Origin: Alphaproteobacteria bacterium | GTDB taxonomy: Bacteria > Pseudomonadota > Alphaproteobacteria > UBA6615 | Assembly (NCBI GenBank): GCA_009694135.1 | Contig: SHVS01000008.1 | Location: forward strand, 2,716 to 66,715 | Direction of reading: 5' to 3' | DNA length: 64,000 bases | In this document: in pieces, positions 20,990 through 32,958 of the stretch | How the letters are laid out: the number at the start of each line of letters is the position of its first letter | Numbering within the stretch: position 1 is the stretch's first letter | Notes under the pieces: model-generated | Databases searched by the model: none | Told to the model about the DNA's origin: nothing | What the model saw: the letters and a program-made list of their open reading frames with translations, nothing else | Translations under genes and position numbers: made by a program

Positions 20990-21923
20990 GCGCCGCGGTC
21001 GGCCGATCGACGGCTGGATCAACCTCGACAAGCCGGCCGGTATCAGCTCGGCGCAGGCGGTGGCGCGCGCACGATGGGCGCTCGATGCCGCCAAGGCCGG
21101 CCATGCCGGCACGCTCGATCCCTTCGCCACCGGCGTCTTGCCGATCGCCTTCGGCGAGGCGACCAAGACCATGCGGTTCTTGACCGACGCGCGGAAGAGC
21201 TACCGCTTCACCGTGCGCTGGGGGGTGGCCAGCTCGACCGACGATTGCGAGGGCGAGGTGGTGGCTGAAAGTCCCAGCCGTCCGACGCGCGCGCAGATCC
21301 TGGCCGCGCTCCCCGGCTTTCTCGGCCCGATCCGGCAGATCCCGCCGATCTATTCCGCCATTATGGTGAATGGGCAGCGGTCTTATAAGCTCGCTCGCGC
21401 CGGGGTCGAAGTCACCTTGGCCGAACGCACGGTGATGATCCATGAACTCGAACTCCTGGAGCAGCCTGACGCTGATCATGCAACGTTTTCAGTCTCTTGC
21501 GGCAAGGGCGCGTATATGCGGGCGCTGGCCCGCGATCTGGCGGTCGCGCTTGGCACGCGCGGCCATTTAGAGGCCCTGCGGCGCACTTCGGTCGGGCGCT
21601 TCGCCGAGTCGGAGGCGATTTCCCTGGAAAAATTGGCTGAGCTTGGCCATAGTGCCGCCGCCAGTCCCCCGCTGTTGCCGCTTCCAGCCGCGCTGGACGA
21701 CATCCCGGCGCTGGCTTTGCCGCGTGACGAGGCCTTGTGCCTCATGCGCGGGCAGGCGGTCGCAGTGCTGCGCAGTGATGTGCGGCAATGCGCTGCCGCG
21801 GTGGGGGAAGGCGGCGTGGTGCTGGTCACCACGGCCGCCAAGCCTGTGGCGCTGGTGCGCGTGGAGGGCATGCTTCTCAAGCCTCTGCGCGTCTTTAACC
21901 TGAGCGAGGGAGACACTGTCTGA
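20979..21923 (+). CDS. truB: tRNA pseudouridine55 synthase
   Basis: [14 protein letters not shown] and the catalytic [14 protein letters not shown] motif. The ATG at 20979 overlaps rbfA by 11 nt. Confidence 0.93.
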   Translation: MGRKRRGRPIDGWINLDKPAGISSAQAVARARWALDAAKAGHAGTLDPFATGVLPIAFGEATKTMRFLTDARKSYRFTVRWGVASSTDDCEGEVVAESPSRPTRAQILAALPGFLGPIRQIPPIYSAIMVNGQRSYKLARAGVEVTLAERTVMIHELELLEQPDADHATFSVSCGKGAYMRALARDLAVALGTRGHLEALRRTSVGRFAESEAISLEKLAELGHSAAASPPLLPLPAALDDIPALALPRDEALCLMRGQAVAVLRSDVRQCAAAVGEGGVVLVTTAAKPVALVRVEGMLLKPLRVFNLSEGDTV

Positions 21924-22192
21924 TGTCGTTTACGGTCGCTAACAAGCAAGAAGTCATCGCCGAATATCGGCTACAAGAGGGCGACACCGGGTCGCCCGAT
22001 GTGCAAGTCGCCATTCTTACGGCGCGCATCAATATGCTGACCGAGCATCTGAAGACCCACGCCAAGGATCACCATTCGCGGCGCGGCTTGTTGCTCATGG
22101 TCGGCCGTCGCCGGCGTCTGCTCGACTACGTCAAGCGCAAGGACGATAAGCGCTATCAGGCGCTCATTGGTCGGCTTGGCGTTCGTCGTTAA
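21923..22192 (+). CDS. rpsO: 30S ribosomal protein S15
   Basis: 89 aa with [37 protein letters not shown]. Its ATG overlaps the truB TGA by 1 nt. Confidence 0.97.
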   Translation: MSFTVANKQEVIAEYRLQEGDTGSPDVQVAILTARINMLTEHLKTHAKDHHSRRGLLLMVGRRRRLLDYVKRKDDKRYQALIGRLGVRR

Positions 22193-22290
22193 GATCCGCC
22201 GTTTCATACGCACGTCACCCGTCGCAACTGACGGCGCTGCCGCCCGCATGCGCGGGTGGATTCATCCGCGGCAAGACGCTTGCCGCGGCG

Positions 22291-22316
22291 CGGGCGCTTT
22301 GCGCCCGTGATTTTTG
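22291..22316 (+). terminator. rpsO intrinsic terminator/attenuator
   Basis: CGGGCGC-UUU-GCGCCCG stem-loop followed by UGAUUUUUG, about 100 nt after the rpsO stop and upstream of pnp. Confidence 0.6.
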
Positions 22317-22370
22317 ACCGGGCGCGCGCAATCGGGCGCGTGCCGTATCTCGGATAGGAAAACCAATCGA

Positions 22371-24557
<2,187 letters not shown>

Positions 24558-24682
24558 AGCTCGCTGAAGGTAGCCTCACCCGTCGAACACATGCGTTCGG
24601 CGGGTGAGGCGCTGGCCGCCTCCGCTCCCCCGCGCATGCCGCTTGACCGAAGCACGCAGCCGCGCAATGTGTCGGCGGCGGA

Positions 24683-25159
24683 ATGCAGCGACTCGGGAAA
24701 ATACTTTTTGCGCTCGTGCTCGCCGCCTGGATCGGCGGGGGCGACGGCGCACGCGCTCAGGATTGCGCCAAGGTCGTGCGCTTCGAAAGCCTGCGCGCCG
24801 GTGAAGTCTATTTTCGCGCCGGGCCGGGCGCCGACTATCCGATAGACTGGATTTTCAAGAAAAAATCGCTGCCGGTCGCCGTGATCGGCGAATTCGAACT
24901 TTGGCGCCGGGTGTGCGATTTCGAAGGCACCGTCGGCTGGGTGCATCGCTCGATGCTGTCCAATGCGAGCACGGCGATGATCATCGCGCCGGTCGCCACG
25001 CTGCGCCGAGCTCCGGTGGCGTCATCGCCGGCCGTGGCGCGGGCCGAGGCGTCGCTCGTTGGCGAGGTGCAGGGCTGCGAGCAGGGCTGGTGCCGCATGG
25101 ACATCCAGGGCTTCAAAGGCTGGGTCGAACGCAAATCGATCTGGGGCGCGGTAAAGTAG
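24683..25159 (+). CDS. secreted protein with bacterial SH3-like repeats
   Basis: Signal peptide, then two repeats of an SH3b-like pattern (LRAGEVYFRAGPGADYPIDW...VGWVHRSML; LRRAPVASSPAV...GFKGWVERKSIW). Confidence 0.65.
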   Translation: MQRLGKILFALVLAAWIGGGDGARAQDCAKVVRFESLRAGEVYFRAGPGADYPIDWIFKKKSLPVAVIGEFELWRRVCDFEGTVGWVHRSMLSNASTAMIIAPVATLRRAPVASSPAVARAEASLVGEVQGCEQGWCRMDIQGFKGWVERKSIWGAVK

Positions 25160-25336
25160 CCCTTGCGCGCGGCCATCCGGGCCGGATCGACCCGCCTACT
25201 CAGGCGTGCGAGCCCTTGATTGCCAGCGCCAACTGGGCGATGAATCGCCCGACCCGGCTGGCAGTCCTGGCGAAACGGTCGAATTCGGCTTAGGGAACAT
25301 CGGGTAGTCCATAATCGCAACACTCGGAGGGGAACT

Positions 25337-25591
25337 ATGAACAAGCTTTTGATCGCGGCGCTGGTCACCGGCGTGGCCGTGCCGCAGCTCGCCTTCGCCG
25401 CGGAGAAGTCCGGCAAGGTGAAGAACTGGTTCGCCGCAACGCGCAACGTTATCCTGGTCGACAACACTGAGTGCTACCTCGGCGCTGACATCAAGGATGT
25501 TCCGGCCGCGCTGGCCGTCGGCAAGGACGTCATGCCGACTTACAGCACCGACAAGAACATCAACACCTGCACCAAGATCGAAGTTAAGTAA
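25337..25591 (+). CDS. small secreted protein, DUF1344-like
   Basis: 84 aa with a signal peptide ending AFA and a GGAGGGG Shine-Dalgarno. The pattern GKV..W......I.L.D...Y.L resembles DUF1344. The family call is tentative. Confidence 0.5.
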   Translation: MNKLLIAALVTGVAVPQLAFAAEKSGKVKNWFAATRNVILVDNTECYLGADIKDVPAALAVGKDVMPTYSTDKNINTCTKIEVK

Positions 25592-25693
25592 CGTTACGCC
25601 GCGGCATGCGATCTTGGCTAGGCTGTCCCCTGGCCTTCGTCGCGGACTAGCGCGCCCATGGACAGGCGAGCCCCAGCGCCCAAAGTTAGGCGC

Positions 25694-26326
25694 ATGATCC
25701 GAATCATCCTCGCCCTGCTGCTGTTCGTCGCGTCGCCCGCCGTGCTGTCGGACGCGTGGGCTGCCGCCGCGCCCGTTGCGTTGAGCGACGCCGACAAGGC
25801 GTTCCTCGCCCGCGTCGAAACTTATTTGAGTTCGATCGTCAGCATGGACGCGCGCTTCCTGCAGGTCGCCAATGGCCGCATGGCCGAAGGGCGCGTGGTC
25901 ATGGCGCGGCCGGGCCGCATGCGCATCGATTACGACCCGCCGGTTCCGGTGCGCATGGTCGCGAACGGTTCCTGGGTGCTGTACTTCGATATAAAGCTCA
26001 ATCAGATCAGCTATATCCCGGCGTCGCGCACCCCGCTTGCCGTGCTGCTGCGCGAGCAGGTCCGGCTCGACGACAAAGTGACCGTGACCAAGGTCGAGCG
26101 CGTCGCCGGCGCCGCGCGCGTTTCCCTCGTGCTGACCGACAACCCGGAATCCGGCACTCTGACCGTGGTGTTCGAGGACGCGCCGCTGCGCCTGGTCAAA
26201 TGGGAGGTGCTGGACTCCACCGGCACGCGCGTCGAGGTCGCGCTGCTCGATCCGCATTTCGGCCTCCCGGTCGACAACAACCTGTTCGACATGGTCGATC
26301 CGCGCGCAAAAGTCGACCGGGAGTAA
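25694..26326 (+). CDS. LolA-family outer-membrane lipoprotein carrier-like protein
   Basis: Signal peptide MIRIILALLLFVASPAVLS. The rest resembles LolA-like proteins (ARFLQV...GRVVMARPGRMRIDY...VANGSWVLYFD). Confidence 0.65.
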   Translation: MIRIILALLLFVASPAVLSDAWAAAAPVALSDADKAFLARVETYLSSIVSMDARFLQVANGRMAEGRVVMARPGRMRIDYDPPVPVRMVANGSWVLYFDIKLNQISYIPASRTPLAVLLREQVRLDDKVTVTKVERVAGAARVSLVLTDNPESGTLTVVFEDAPLRLVKWEVLDSTGTRVEVALLDPHFGLPVDNNLFDMVDPRAKVDRE

Positions 26327-26335
26327 CGCCCCGCC

Positions 26336-27112
26336 TTAAGCGCGCGGCCGGAACGGCCGCAGCAGCAATGCCGGCAAGGGTTGTTCGCGCACGCCTTCAA
26401 CGCCGATCGCCAGATCGCGCGTGCGCGGCGTCGGGCTCGCCGTGCCGAACAGCCGGTCCCAGAAGCTCCACACCGTGCCGTAATTGGCATCGGTGTCGCT
26501 GCGGCGCGCATGATGATGCACCCAATGGATCGAGGGCGTGATCAGCACCCGCGCCAGTGCCCGCTCGAAGCGTGGCGCAAGCTTGACGTTCGAGTGGTGA
26601 AACACCGTCACCAGCAGCAGCACGGTCTCGAACACTAAAACGGCTTCCAACCGCACGGCGAGCGCCATCACCACCAGCGCGCGGGCGGCGGCCGAGAGCG
26701 CGACCTCGCCGAAGTGAAAACGCACGGCGCTGGACGCATCGAGAAACTGGTCGAGGTGGTGGATCTCGTGGAAGCGCCACAGGAACCGAAGCTCGTGGTT
26801 CCAGCGATGCCACCAATAGATCCAGAACTCGAGCAGGGCGACATCGAGCGCGAGCCCAAGCGCGCCGCCCCACCAGTCCGGCCGCTGCCACAGCGCGTGG
26901 GTGGTTGCCCAGGCCGTCAGCGGCACCGTGACCCAGAACGACAGACCGGCATTGAGCAGCCACAACGCTCCGTTGCGCGCGAGCCGGGGCCAGGCTGGTC
27001 CGGGCGGCGGCGCGGCCGACGGCCGTAGGCGTTCCAAAACCAGGAACAGCGCGAGCCAGCCAAGCGAGAGGACCGATTTGGCGGCCAGTAATATCTGGAC
27101 GAAACCTTGCAT
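26336..27112 (-). CDS. sterol desaturase / fatty-acid hydroxylase family membrane protein
   Basis: Histidine boxes WHRWNH, FHEIHH and HWVHHH within a polytopic membrane protein. Confidence 0.8.
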   Translation of the reverse strand: MQGFVQILLAAKSVLSLGWLALFLVLERLRPSAAPPPGPAWPRLARNGALWLLNAGLSFWVTVPLTAWATTHALWQRPDWWGGALGLALDVALLEFWIYWWHRWNHELRFLWRFHEIHHLDQFLDASSAVRFHFGEVALSAAARALVVMALAVRLEAVLVFETVLLLVTVFHHSNVKLAPRFERALARVLITPSIHWVHHHARRSDTDANYGTVWSFWDRLFGTASPTPRTRDLAIGVEGVREQPLPALLLRPFRPRA

Positions 27113-27157
27113 GCGCCCGATCCTACACGTTCAGGCCAAGGCCATAAGGAAAGTTCC

Positions 27158-27931
27158 ATGCTGGCGAAACGCCCCATCGTCGCCCTGACGGCCTGCCGCC
27201 GCGACATCGACGGCGTGCCCTTCCATGCCGTCGGCGATAAATATCTGACGGCGGTGGCCGATGCCGCCGGGGCGATGCCTCTCCTGTTGCCGGCGATGAG
27301 CGAAGACTTGGACATCGGTCGGGTGATCGCCTCGATCGATGGGTTGCTGGTCACCGGCAGCCCGTCCAATGTCGAGCCGCGCCACTACGGCGGGGAGACG
27401 GCGCGCTCCGGCACCCTGGCCGACCCGGCGCGCGACGCCACCACTCTGCCGCTGATCCGCGCCGCCGTCGCCGCCCGCCTGCCGCTGTTCGCCATTTGCC
27501 GCGGGATGCAGGAGCTCAACGTCGCCCTGGGCGGCACGCTGCACCAGCATTTGCATGAGCTACCGGGGCGGCGCGACCACCGCGCCCCGGCCGGCCAGCC
27601 CTTCGCTGTCCGTTATGCCCCGGCGCATCCGGTGGCACTGCGGCGCGATGGCCAAATAGCGGCATTGGCGCGCGCGGCCGGCCTGGATTGGGGCGGGCAG
27701 ACGGTAAATTCGGCGCATGCCCAGGGAATTGACCGCTTGGCGCCCGGTCTGGTGGTGGAGGCCGAAGCCGATGACGGGGTGATTGAAGCGGTGCGCGTGG
27801 CGGATGCGACCGGCTTCGCCATTGGCATACAATGGCACCCGGAATATCGCGCGACAGAATATCCGCTGTCTTCGACAGTATTCGCTGCCTTTGGCGCAGC
27901 CTGTCGCACCCGACTCATTTCACGACTCTAA
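27158..27931 (+). CDS. puuD: gamma-glutamyl-gamma-aminobutyrate hydrolase family (class I glutamine amidotransferase, peptidase C26)
   Basis: LFAICRGMQELNVALGGTL nucleophile elbow and GIQWHPE motif. I chose the ATG at 27158. Confidence 0.82.
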   Translation: MLAKRPIVALTACRRDIDGVPFHAVGDKYLTAVADAAGAMPLLLPAMSEDLDIGRVIASIDGLLVTGSPSNVEPRHYGGETARSGTLADPARDATTLPLIRAAVAARLPLFAICRGMQELNVALGGTLHQHLHELPGRRDHRAPAGQPFAVRYAPAHPVALRRDGQIAALARAAGLDWGGQTVNSAHAQGIDRLAPGLVVEAEADDGVIEAVRVADATGFAIGIQWHPEYRATEYPLSSTVFAAFGAACRTRLISRL

Positions 27932-28039
27932 GTTTTGTTGCATGCATGACTCGCATGGCGGCTATGACAATTAACGATTGATTTCCGATCCGACTCGTTC
28001 CACATTGACGGCAAGGAGGCGCGTAGGTATGCGCGCAAT

Positions 28040-28118
28040 GTCCAGGGATGGACCCTCCAGAAAGTCCCTGGCTCCGACGAAGCAGGGCGCCCGGTTTCCC
28101 CCGACCGGGCGCCCTTTT
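28040..28118 (+). ncRNA. candidate small RNA or 5-prime leader (two hairpins, the second an intrinsic terminator)
   Basis: A promoter-like TTGACG-17-TATGCG lies at 28005-28033. Hairpin CCAGGGA/UCCCUGG (28042-28071) has a loop containing CCCUCC. It is followed by the terminator at 28085-28118. Confidence 0.3.
28085..28118 (+). terminator. intrinsic terminator between puuD-like gene and xthA
   Basis: Perfect 10-bp stem GGGCGCCCGG/CCGGGCGCCC, 10-nt loop, then UUUUCGUCUG. Confidence 0.65.
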
Positions 28119-28149
28119 CGTCTGTCGGCCCTTCGGCAGGATTTCCTAC

Positions 28150-28947
28150 GTGCAGCTGACCATCGCCACCTGGAACATCAATTCCGTCCGTTTGCGCATC
28201 GATAATCTCGCCCGGCTGATCGCCGAGGCGTCGCCGGATGTGATCGCGCTACAGGAAATCAAATGCCCGGATGAAGCCTATCCGCGCGCAGCGATTGCGG
28301 CGCTGGGCTATCCGCATCAGTACGCGCGCGGCATGAAGGGCTATAACGGCGTTGCGATCCTCTCGCGCCTGCCTTTCACGGCGACGCACGGCCTCGACTG
28401 GTGCGAGCGCCAGGACTGCCGCCATGCGGCGGTAAAACTCGCGGGCGGCATCGAGCTGCATAACTTCTATGTCCCGGCCGGCGGCGATAGACCCGATCCG
28501 GCGGCGAACGACAAATTCGCCCATAAGCTTCGGTTCCTCGAGGAGCTGGCGGCCTGGTCCAAGGCCGAACGCGCGCCGCGCCAGCGGCGGATCCTCGTCG
28601 GCGACCTGAATGTCGCGCCGCTGCCCAACGACGTCTGGTCGCATAAGGCGCTGCTCGATGTGGTCTGTCATACACCGGGCGAGGTCGACCGGCTGAATGC
28701 GCTCCAAGAGGCCGAATCCTGGGTTGATGCCCTGCGCGAATTCTACCCGCCGGAGCAGAAGCTGTTTACCTGGTGGAGTTACCGTGCGCAGGACTGGCGC
28801 GCGAGCGATCGCGGGCGGCGGCTCGATCACATCTGGGTCACCCCCGCCCTCCGCGGCCAATTGCGCGCGGCCCGCGTCTGCAAGGACGCGCGCGACTGGC
28901 GACAGCCGTCGGACCATGTGCCGGTGGTGGTCACGCTTGAGGTCTAG
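28150..28947 (+). CDS. xthA: exodeoxyribonuclease III
   Basis: LTIATWNINSVRLR... LQEIK ... GDLNVAP ... SDHVPVVV motifs of the EEP/ExoIII family. I chose the GTG at 28150. Confidence 0.9.
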   Translation: MQLTIATWNINSVRLRIDNLARLIAEASPDVIALQEIKCPDEAYPRAAIAALGYPHQYARGMKGYNGVAILSRLPFTATHGLDWCERQDCRHAAVKLAGGIELHNFYVPAGGDRPDPAANDKFAHKLRFLEELAAWSKAERAPRQRRILVGDLNVAPLPNDVWSHKALLDVVCHTPGEVDRLNALQEAESWVDALREFYPPEQKLFTWWSYRAQDWRASDRGRRLDHIWVTPALRGQLRAARVCKDARDWRQPSDHVPVVVTLEV

Positions 28948-29016
28948 TGCGGCCCTACGCGCCTTGCGGCGATTCCGGCCGGTCCGTAAACTGCGGCTGA
29001 TTAAGCGGGTGAAACC

Positions 29017-30228
29017 ATGCTCGACGGGCGCCAAGTTCTTCTGATCGTCAGCGGCGGGATTGCCGCCTATAAGGCGCTCGACCTGATCCGGCGCTTGCGC
29101 GAACGCGGCGCATCCGTGCGCCCCGTTGTGACCAAGGGCGGGCAGGAGTTCGTGACGCCCCTCTCGCTCGCCGCCCTGGCTGAAAGCCCGGCCTATACCG
29201 ACCTGTTCTCGCTCAAGGACGAGGCGGAGATGGGTCATATCCGTCTTGCCCGCGACGCCGATGTGATCCTGGTCGCGCCGGCGACGGCCGATCTTCTGGC
29301 GAAAATGGCGCATGGGTTGGCCGATGATCTGGCCTCGACCCTGCTGCTTGCCGCCGATAAGCCGATCCTGGTCGCGCCGGCGATGAACCACCGCATGTGG
29401 GAGCATCCGGCGACGAAGGCCAATGTCGCGATCCTCGCGGCGCGCGGCGTTGGGATCATCGCCCCCGGCGTCGGCGCCATGGCCTGCGGCGAGACCGGCA
29501 CCGGCCGATTGGCGGAGAGCGAGGACATCCTCGCTGCCGTCGAGGCCGCGCTCCGCCGCCCCGGTGTCTTGAGCGGCCGACGTGCGCTGGTCACCAGCGG
29601 CCCGACGTATGAGCCGATCGACCCGGTGCGCTATATCGGCAATCACTCCTCCGGCAAGCAGGGCCACGCCATCGCCGAGGCGCTCGCCGCGCTCGGCGCG
29701 GAAACGGTGCTGGTCACCGGTCCGACCGCGCTCGCCGATCCGCGCTGCGTGCGTTCCGTGCATGTCGAAACCGCCGCGCAGATGTTGGCCGCCTGTCGCG
29801 CCGCCCTGCCGGTCGATGTCGCCGTTTGCGCCGCCGCCGTGGCCGATTGGCGCGCGGCCAAGCCCGCCGCGCAGAAGCTGAAAAAGACCGGGCGGCTGCC
29901 GGACATCAAGCTCGCCGAGTCCGTCGATGTGCTCCGGTCGCTTTCCGCCGCTGGCAATCTGCGCCCGCGTTTGGTGGTTGGCTTCGCCGCCGAAACCGAG
30001 GCGCTGGTCGAGCGCGCCCAAGCGAAGCGCGCGGCCAAGGGCTGCGACTGGATCGTCGCCAATGATGTGACCGCGGGCGTGTTTGGCAGCGATGACAACA
30101 GCGTCGTGCTGGTCACCGATGCCGCCGTCGAGACCTGGCCCAAGCTCACCAAGCGCGAGGTCGGCCACCGCTTGGCGGCGCGCATCGCCCAAGTCTTGAC
30201 CCATGCGACCCTTGCCCCTCATGGCTGA
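29017..30228 (+). CDS. coaBC: bifunctional phosphopantothenoylcysteine decarboxylase / phosphopantothenate-cysteine ligase
   Basis: N-terminal flavoprotein domain ([20 protein letters not shown]) and C-terminal DFP ligase domain ([23 protein letters not shown]). Confidence 0.95.
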   Translation: MLDGRQVLLIVSGGIAAYKALDLIRRLRERGASVRPVVTKGGQEFVTPLSLAALAESPAYTDLFSLKDEAEMGHIRLARDADVILVAPATADLLAKMAHGLADDLASTLLLAADKPILVAPAMNHRMWEHPATKANVAILAARGVGIIAPGVGAMACGETGTGRLAESEDILAAVEAALRRPGVLSGRRALVTSGPTYEPIDPVRYIGNHSSGKQGHAIAEALAALGAETVLVTGPTALADPRCVRSVHVETAAQMLAACRAALPVDVAVCAAAVADWRAAKPAAQKLKKTGRLPDIKLAESVDVLRSLSAAGNLRPRLVVGFAAETEALVERAQAKRAAKGCDWIVANDVTAGVFGSDDNSVVLVTDAAVETWPKLTKREVGHRLAARIAQVLTHATLAPHG

Positions 30229-30679
30229 GTCGGCGGTGGAAATCGCCATCACTCGCCTGCCGCATGGCGCGGATCTGCCGTTGCCGGAATATGCGACGCA
30301 TGGCGCCGCCGGCATGGATCTGTTGGCGGCGGTGGGCGATCCGCTGGTGATCGCGCCCGGGGCGCGCGCCTGCGTGCCGACGGGAATCGCCATCGCCCTG
30401 CCCGAAGGTTTCGAGGCGCAGGTGCGTCCGCGCTCCGGCCTCGCCTTCAAGCAAGGCGTCACCTGCCTTAACAGCCCGGGCACGATCGACGCCGACTATC
30501 GCGGCGAAGTCGCGGTGTTGCTGATCAATCATGGGCAAGAGCCCTTCACGGTCACGCGCGGCTTGCGGATCGCGCAGCTCGTGGTCGCGCCGGTTGTGAC
30601 CGCGCGCTGGCGCAAAGTCGCGGCGCTGCTCGACACGGCGCGCGGGGCCGGCGGCTTCGGCTCCACGGGGCTGAAATGA
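30221..30679 (+). CDS. dut: dUTP diphosphatase
   Basis: [28 protein letters not shown] and [10 protein letters not shown] motifs. The ATG overlaps the coaBC end by 8 nt. Confidence 0.95.
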   Translation: MAESAVEIAITRLPHGADLPLPEYATHGAAGMDLLAAVGDPLVIAPGARACVPTGIAIALPEGFEAQVRPRSGLAFKQGVTCLNSPGTIDADYRGEVAVLLINHGQEPFTVTRGLRIAQLVVAPVVTARWRKVAALLDTARGAGGFGSTGLK

Positions 30680-31125
30680 GCGCGCTCAGCCGGCGCGCGG
30701 TGGTCGCGGTCGAGGCGGTGCTCGACATCGCCTATCACGCCGGCGGCCAGCCGGTGCAAAGCCGCGAGATCACCCAGCGCCAGGGCATCGGCCCACGCGC
30801 GCTCGAACCCGTGTTGCAGAATCTGGTCAAGGCCGGCGTGCTGCTGGCCGAACGCGGCAAGCGCGGCGGCTATCGGCTGGCGCGCGAACGGCGGCGCATC
30901 AGTGTTGGCGAAGTCGTGCGCGCGATGGCCGAGCGGTCGAAGAAGCTCAAAGCGATAGAGGCCGGTTCGCCGCTGGGCGCGCAAGTCGTGCGGCCGCTGC
31001 TCGAAGGCATCGACCGCGAATTGGCCGAGCGGCTCGACCGCCTGACTTTCGAGGAGCTGTGCCAACGCGCGCGCGCGGCCGGCGTCGAAAGCCTGGCCGC
31101 CGAACGCCTCGATTATGCGATCTAA
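30676..31125 (+). CDS. Rrf2-family transcriptional regulator (no Fe-S Cys triad)
   Basis: Winged-helix N-terminus ([17 protein letters not shown]...[25 protein letters not shown]...[11 protein letters not shown]). It has a single Cys in the whole protein. ATGA overlap with dut. Confidence 0.82.
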   Translation: MSALSRRAVVAVEAVLDIAYHAGGQPVQSREITQRQGIGPRALEPVLQNLVKAGVLLAERGKRGGYRLARERRRISVGEVVRAMAERSKKLKAIEAGSPLGAQVVRPLLEGIDRELAERLDRLTFEELCQRARAAGVESLAAERLDYAI

Positions 31126-31134
31126 GAGCGGCAC

Positions 31135-32085
31135 GTGACGCGTAACGCCGGGCGCATCTTCGGCTCGATCCTGGAAACGATCGGCGGCACGCCGCTGGTG
31201 CGCCTCAATCGCTTGCCGGCAAGCGCCGGCTGCAAGGCCGAAGTCTTGGCCAAGCTCGAATTCCGCAATCCCTTGGGCTCGGTCAAGGACCGCATCGGCC
31301 TCGCCATGGTCGAGGCGGCGGAGAAAGCCGGCCGCGCCGTCCCCGGCCGCACCGTGTTGATCGAGCCGACCTCCGGCAATACCGGCATCGCGCTCGCTTT
31401 CGTCTGCGCCGCCAAAGGCTATCGCCTGATCCTCACCATGCCAGATTCGATGTCGGACGAGCGGCGCAAGATGCTGGCGCTGCTCGGCGCCGAGTTGGTG
31501 CTGACCCCGGCCGCGCTCGGCATGCGCGGCGCGATCGCGCGCGCCGAGACTCTGGCGCGCGAGCTAGACGACGCGCTGATCCTGCAGCAGTTCAAGAACC
31601 CGGCCAATCCTAAGGCGCATGAGGACACGACGGCCGAGGAACTCTTCCGCGACACCGGCGGCGCGTTTGACGTGCTGGTGGCCGGGGTCGGGACCGGCGG
31701 CACGCTGACCGGCATCGGCCGCGCGCTCAAGCCGCGCCTGCCCAATTTGCGCATTGTCGCCGTCGAGCCCGAAAACAGCGCGGTTCTTTCCGGCGGCCTT
31801 CCCGGCCCGCACCAGATTCAAGGCATCGGTTCCGGCTTCGTGCCGGAAATTCTCGATCGATCGCTCATCGACGAGGTCGCGCGCATCGCCAACGAGAGCG
31901 CGTTTGCTATGGCACGCGCCTGCGCCAAGCTGGAGGGTATCGCTTGCGGCATTTCCTCGGGCGCGGCGCTGGCGGCGGCGCTGGAAATTGGGGCGCGGCC
32001 GGAGATGGCCGGAAAGCGTATCGTGGTCGTGCTGCCGTCCTTCGCCGAGCGCTATCTCACCACGCCGCTGTTCGAGGATGTGTGA
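31135..32085 (+). CDS. cysK: cysteine synthase A (O-acetylserine sulfhydrylase)
   Basis: [11 protein letters not shown]..., [10 protein letters not shown] (PLP lysine) and [12 protein letters not shown] motifs. GTG start. Confidence 0.92.
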   Translation: MTRNAGRIFGSILETIGGTPLVRLNRLPASAGCKAEVLAKLEFRNPLGSVKDRIGLAMVEAAEKAGRAVPGRTVLIEPTSGNTGIALAFVCAAKGYRLILTMPDSMSDERRKMLALLGAELVLTPAALGMRGAIARAETLARELDDALILQQFKNPANPKAHEDTTAEELFRDTGGAFDVLVAGVGTGGTLTGIGRALKPRLPNLRIVAVEPENSAVLSGGLPGPHQIQGIGSGFVPEILDRSLIDEVARIANESAFAMARACAKLEGIACGISSGAALAAALEIGARPEMAGKRIVVVLPSFAERYLTTPLFEDV

Positions 32086-32126
32086 GCGCGCTTGCCGGAC
32101 ACGGTTACGAGGCCCAGATTTAGCCC

Positions 32127-32954
32127 ATGGACACGGCCAAACCGCTGCCTGAACTGACCGACGCGCAGCTGCAGCGTTACGCCCGCAATGTCATCCTCGA
32201 TGAGGTGGGCGAGGAGGGCCAGGCGCGGCTGTTGGCGGCGCGCGTGCTGGTCGTGGGCGCGGGCGGTTTGGGCACGCCCCTGATCCAATATCTGGCCGCC
32301 GCCGGCGTCGGCACGCTCGGCGTGGTCGATGACGATGTGGTCGATCTGACCAATCTCCAGCGCCAAGTCTTGCACACGACCGCGCGCGTCGGCATGCCGA
32401 AGGTCGACAGCGCGGCAGCCGCGATCGGCGCGCTCAATCCGGAAACGAAGCTGATCCCGCATCATACGCGCCTCACCGTCGCGAATGCGGCCGAGCTGAT
32501 CGGCGCTTATGATCTGGTCGCCGACGGCAGCGATAATTTCGCGACGCGCTATCTGATCAACGACGCATGCTATCTGCATGGCAAGCCGCTGATCACCGCC
32601 GCGCTGCTGCGCTTCGAAGGGCAGGTGTTCACCTTCAAGCGCACGGTGCCGCAAACCGCCTGCTATCGCTGCGTGTTTTCCGAAGCGCCGGCGGCCAATT
32701 TGGTCCAGCGCTGCGAAACCGCCGGCGTGCTTGGGCCGCTGTGCGGCGTGCTCGGCTCGCTGCAAGCGACGGAAGTGCTGAAAGAGATCATGGGCATCGG
32801 CGATAGCACGGCCGGCACGATGCTGCTCTATGACGCGCTCGGGCTGCTGTTCCGCAAGGTGAAGCTGAAACACGATCCGGCCTGCGCGCTGTGCGGCGAT
32901 CACCCGACGATGACCGATCTCTCGCACCACGCCGACACCGGCAAGGTGTGCTGA
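32127..32954 (+). CDS. moeB: HesA/MoeB/ThiF-family adenylyltransferase (E1-like)
   Basis: LQRYARNVILDEVGEEGQ..L...VLVVGAGGLGTP nucleotide-binding motif and two CxxC pairs (CYRC, CALC). There is no rhodanese domain. Confidence 0.82.
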   Translation: MDTAKPLPELTDAQLQRYARNVILDEVGEEGQARLLAARVLVVGAGGLGTPLIQYLAAAGVGTLGVVDDDVVDLTNLQRQVLHTTARVGMPKVDSAAAAIGALNPETKLIPHHTRLTVANAAELIGAYDLVADGSDNFATRYLINDACYLHGKPLITAALLRFEGQVFTFKRTVPQTACYRCVFSEAPAANLVQRCETAGVLGPLCGVLGSLQATEVLKEIMGIGDSTAGTMLLYDALGLLFRKVKLKHDPACALCGDHPTMTDLSHHADTGKVC

Positions 32955-32958
32955 GCGT

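Noticed and set aside
27978-28205. 75-aa ORF (internal ATG at 28029 preceded by AAGGAGG) upstream of and overlapping xthA
   Set aside because: It runs through the strong terminator hairpin, overlaps the xthA start in another frame, and is Arg/Pro-rich without features. The AAGGAGG may be coincidental, since it falls in the spacer of the promoter-like element. I kept it only as an alternative explanation under the sRNA finding.
28249-30483. 744-aa minus-strand ORF spanning xthA, coaBC and dut
   Set aside because: Same reasoning. It overlaps three well-supported plus-strand genes, is Arg/Gly/Ala-rich, and has no recognisable domain.
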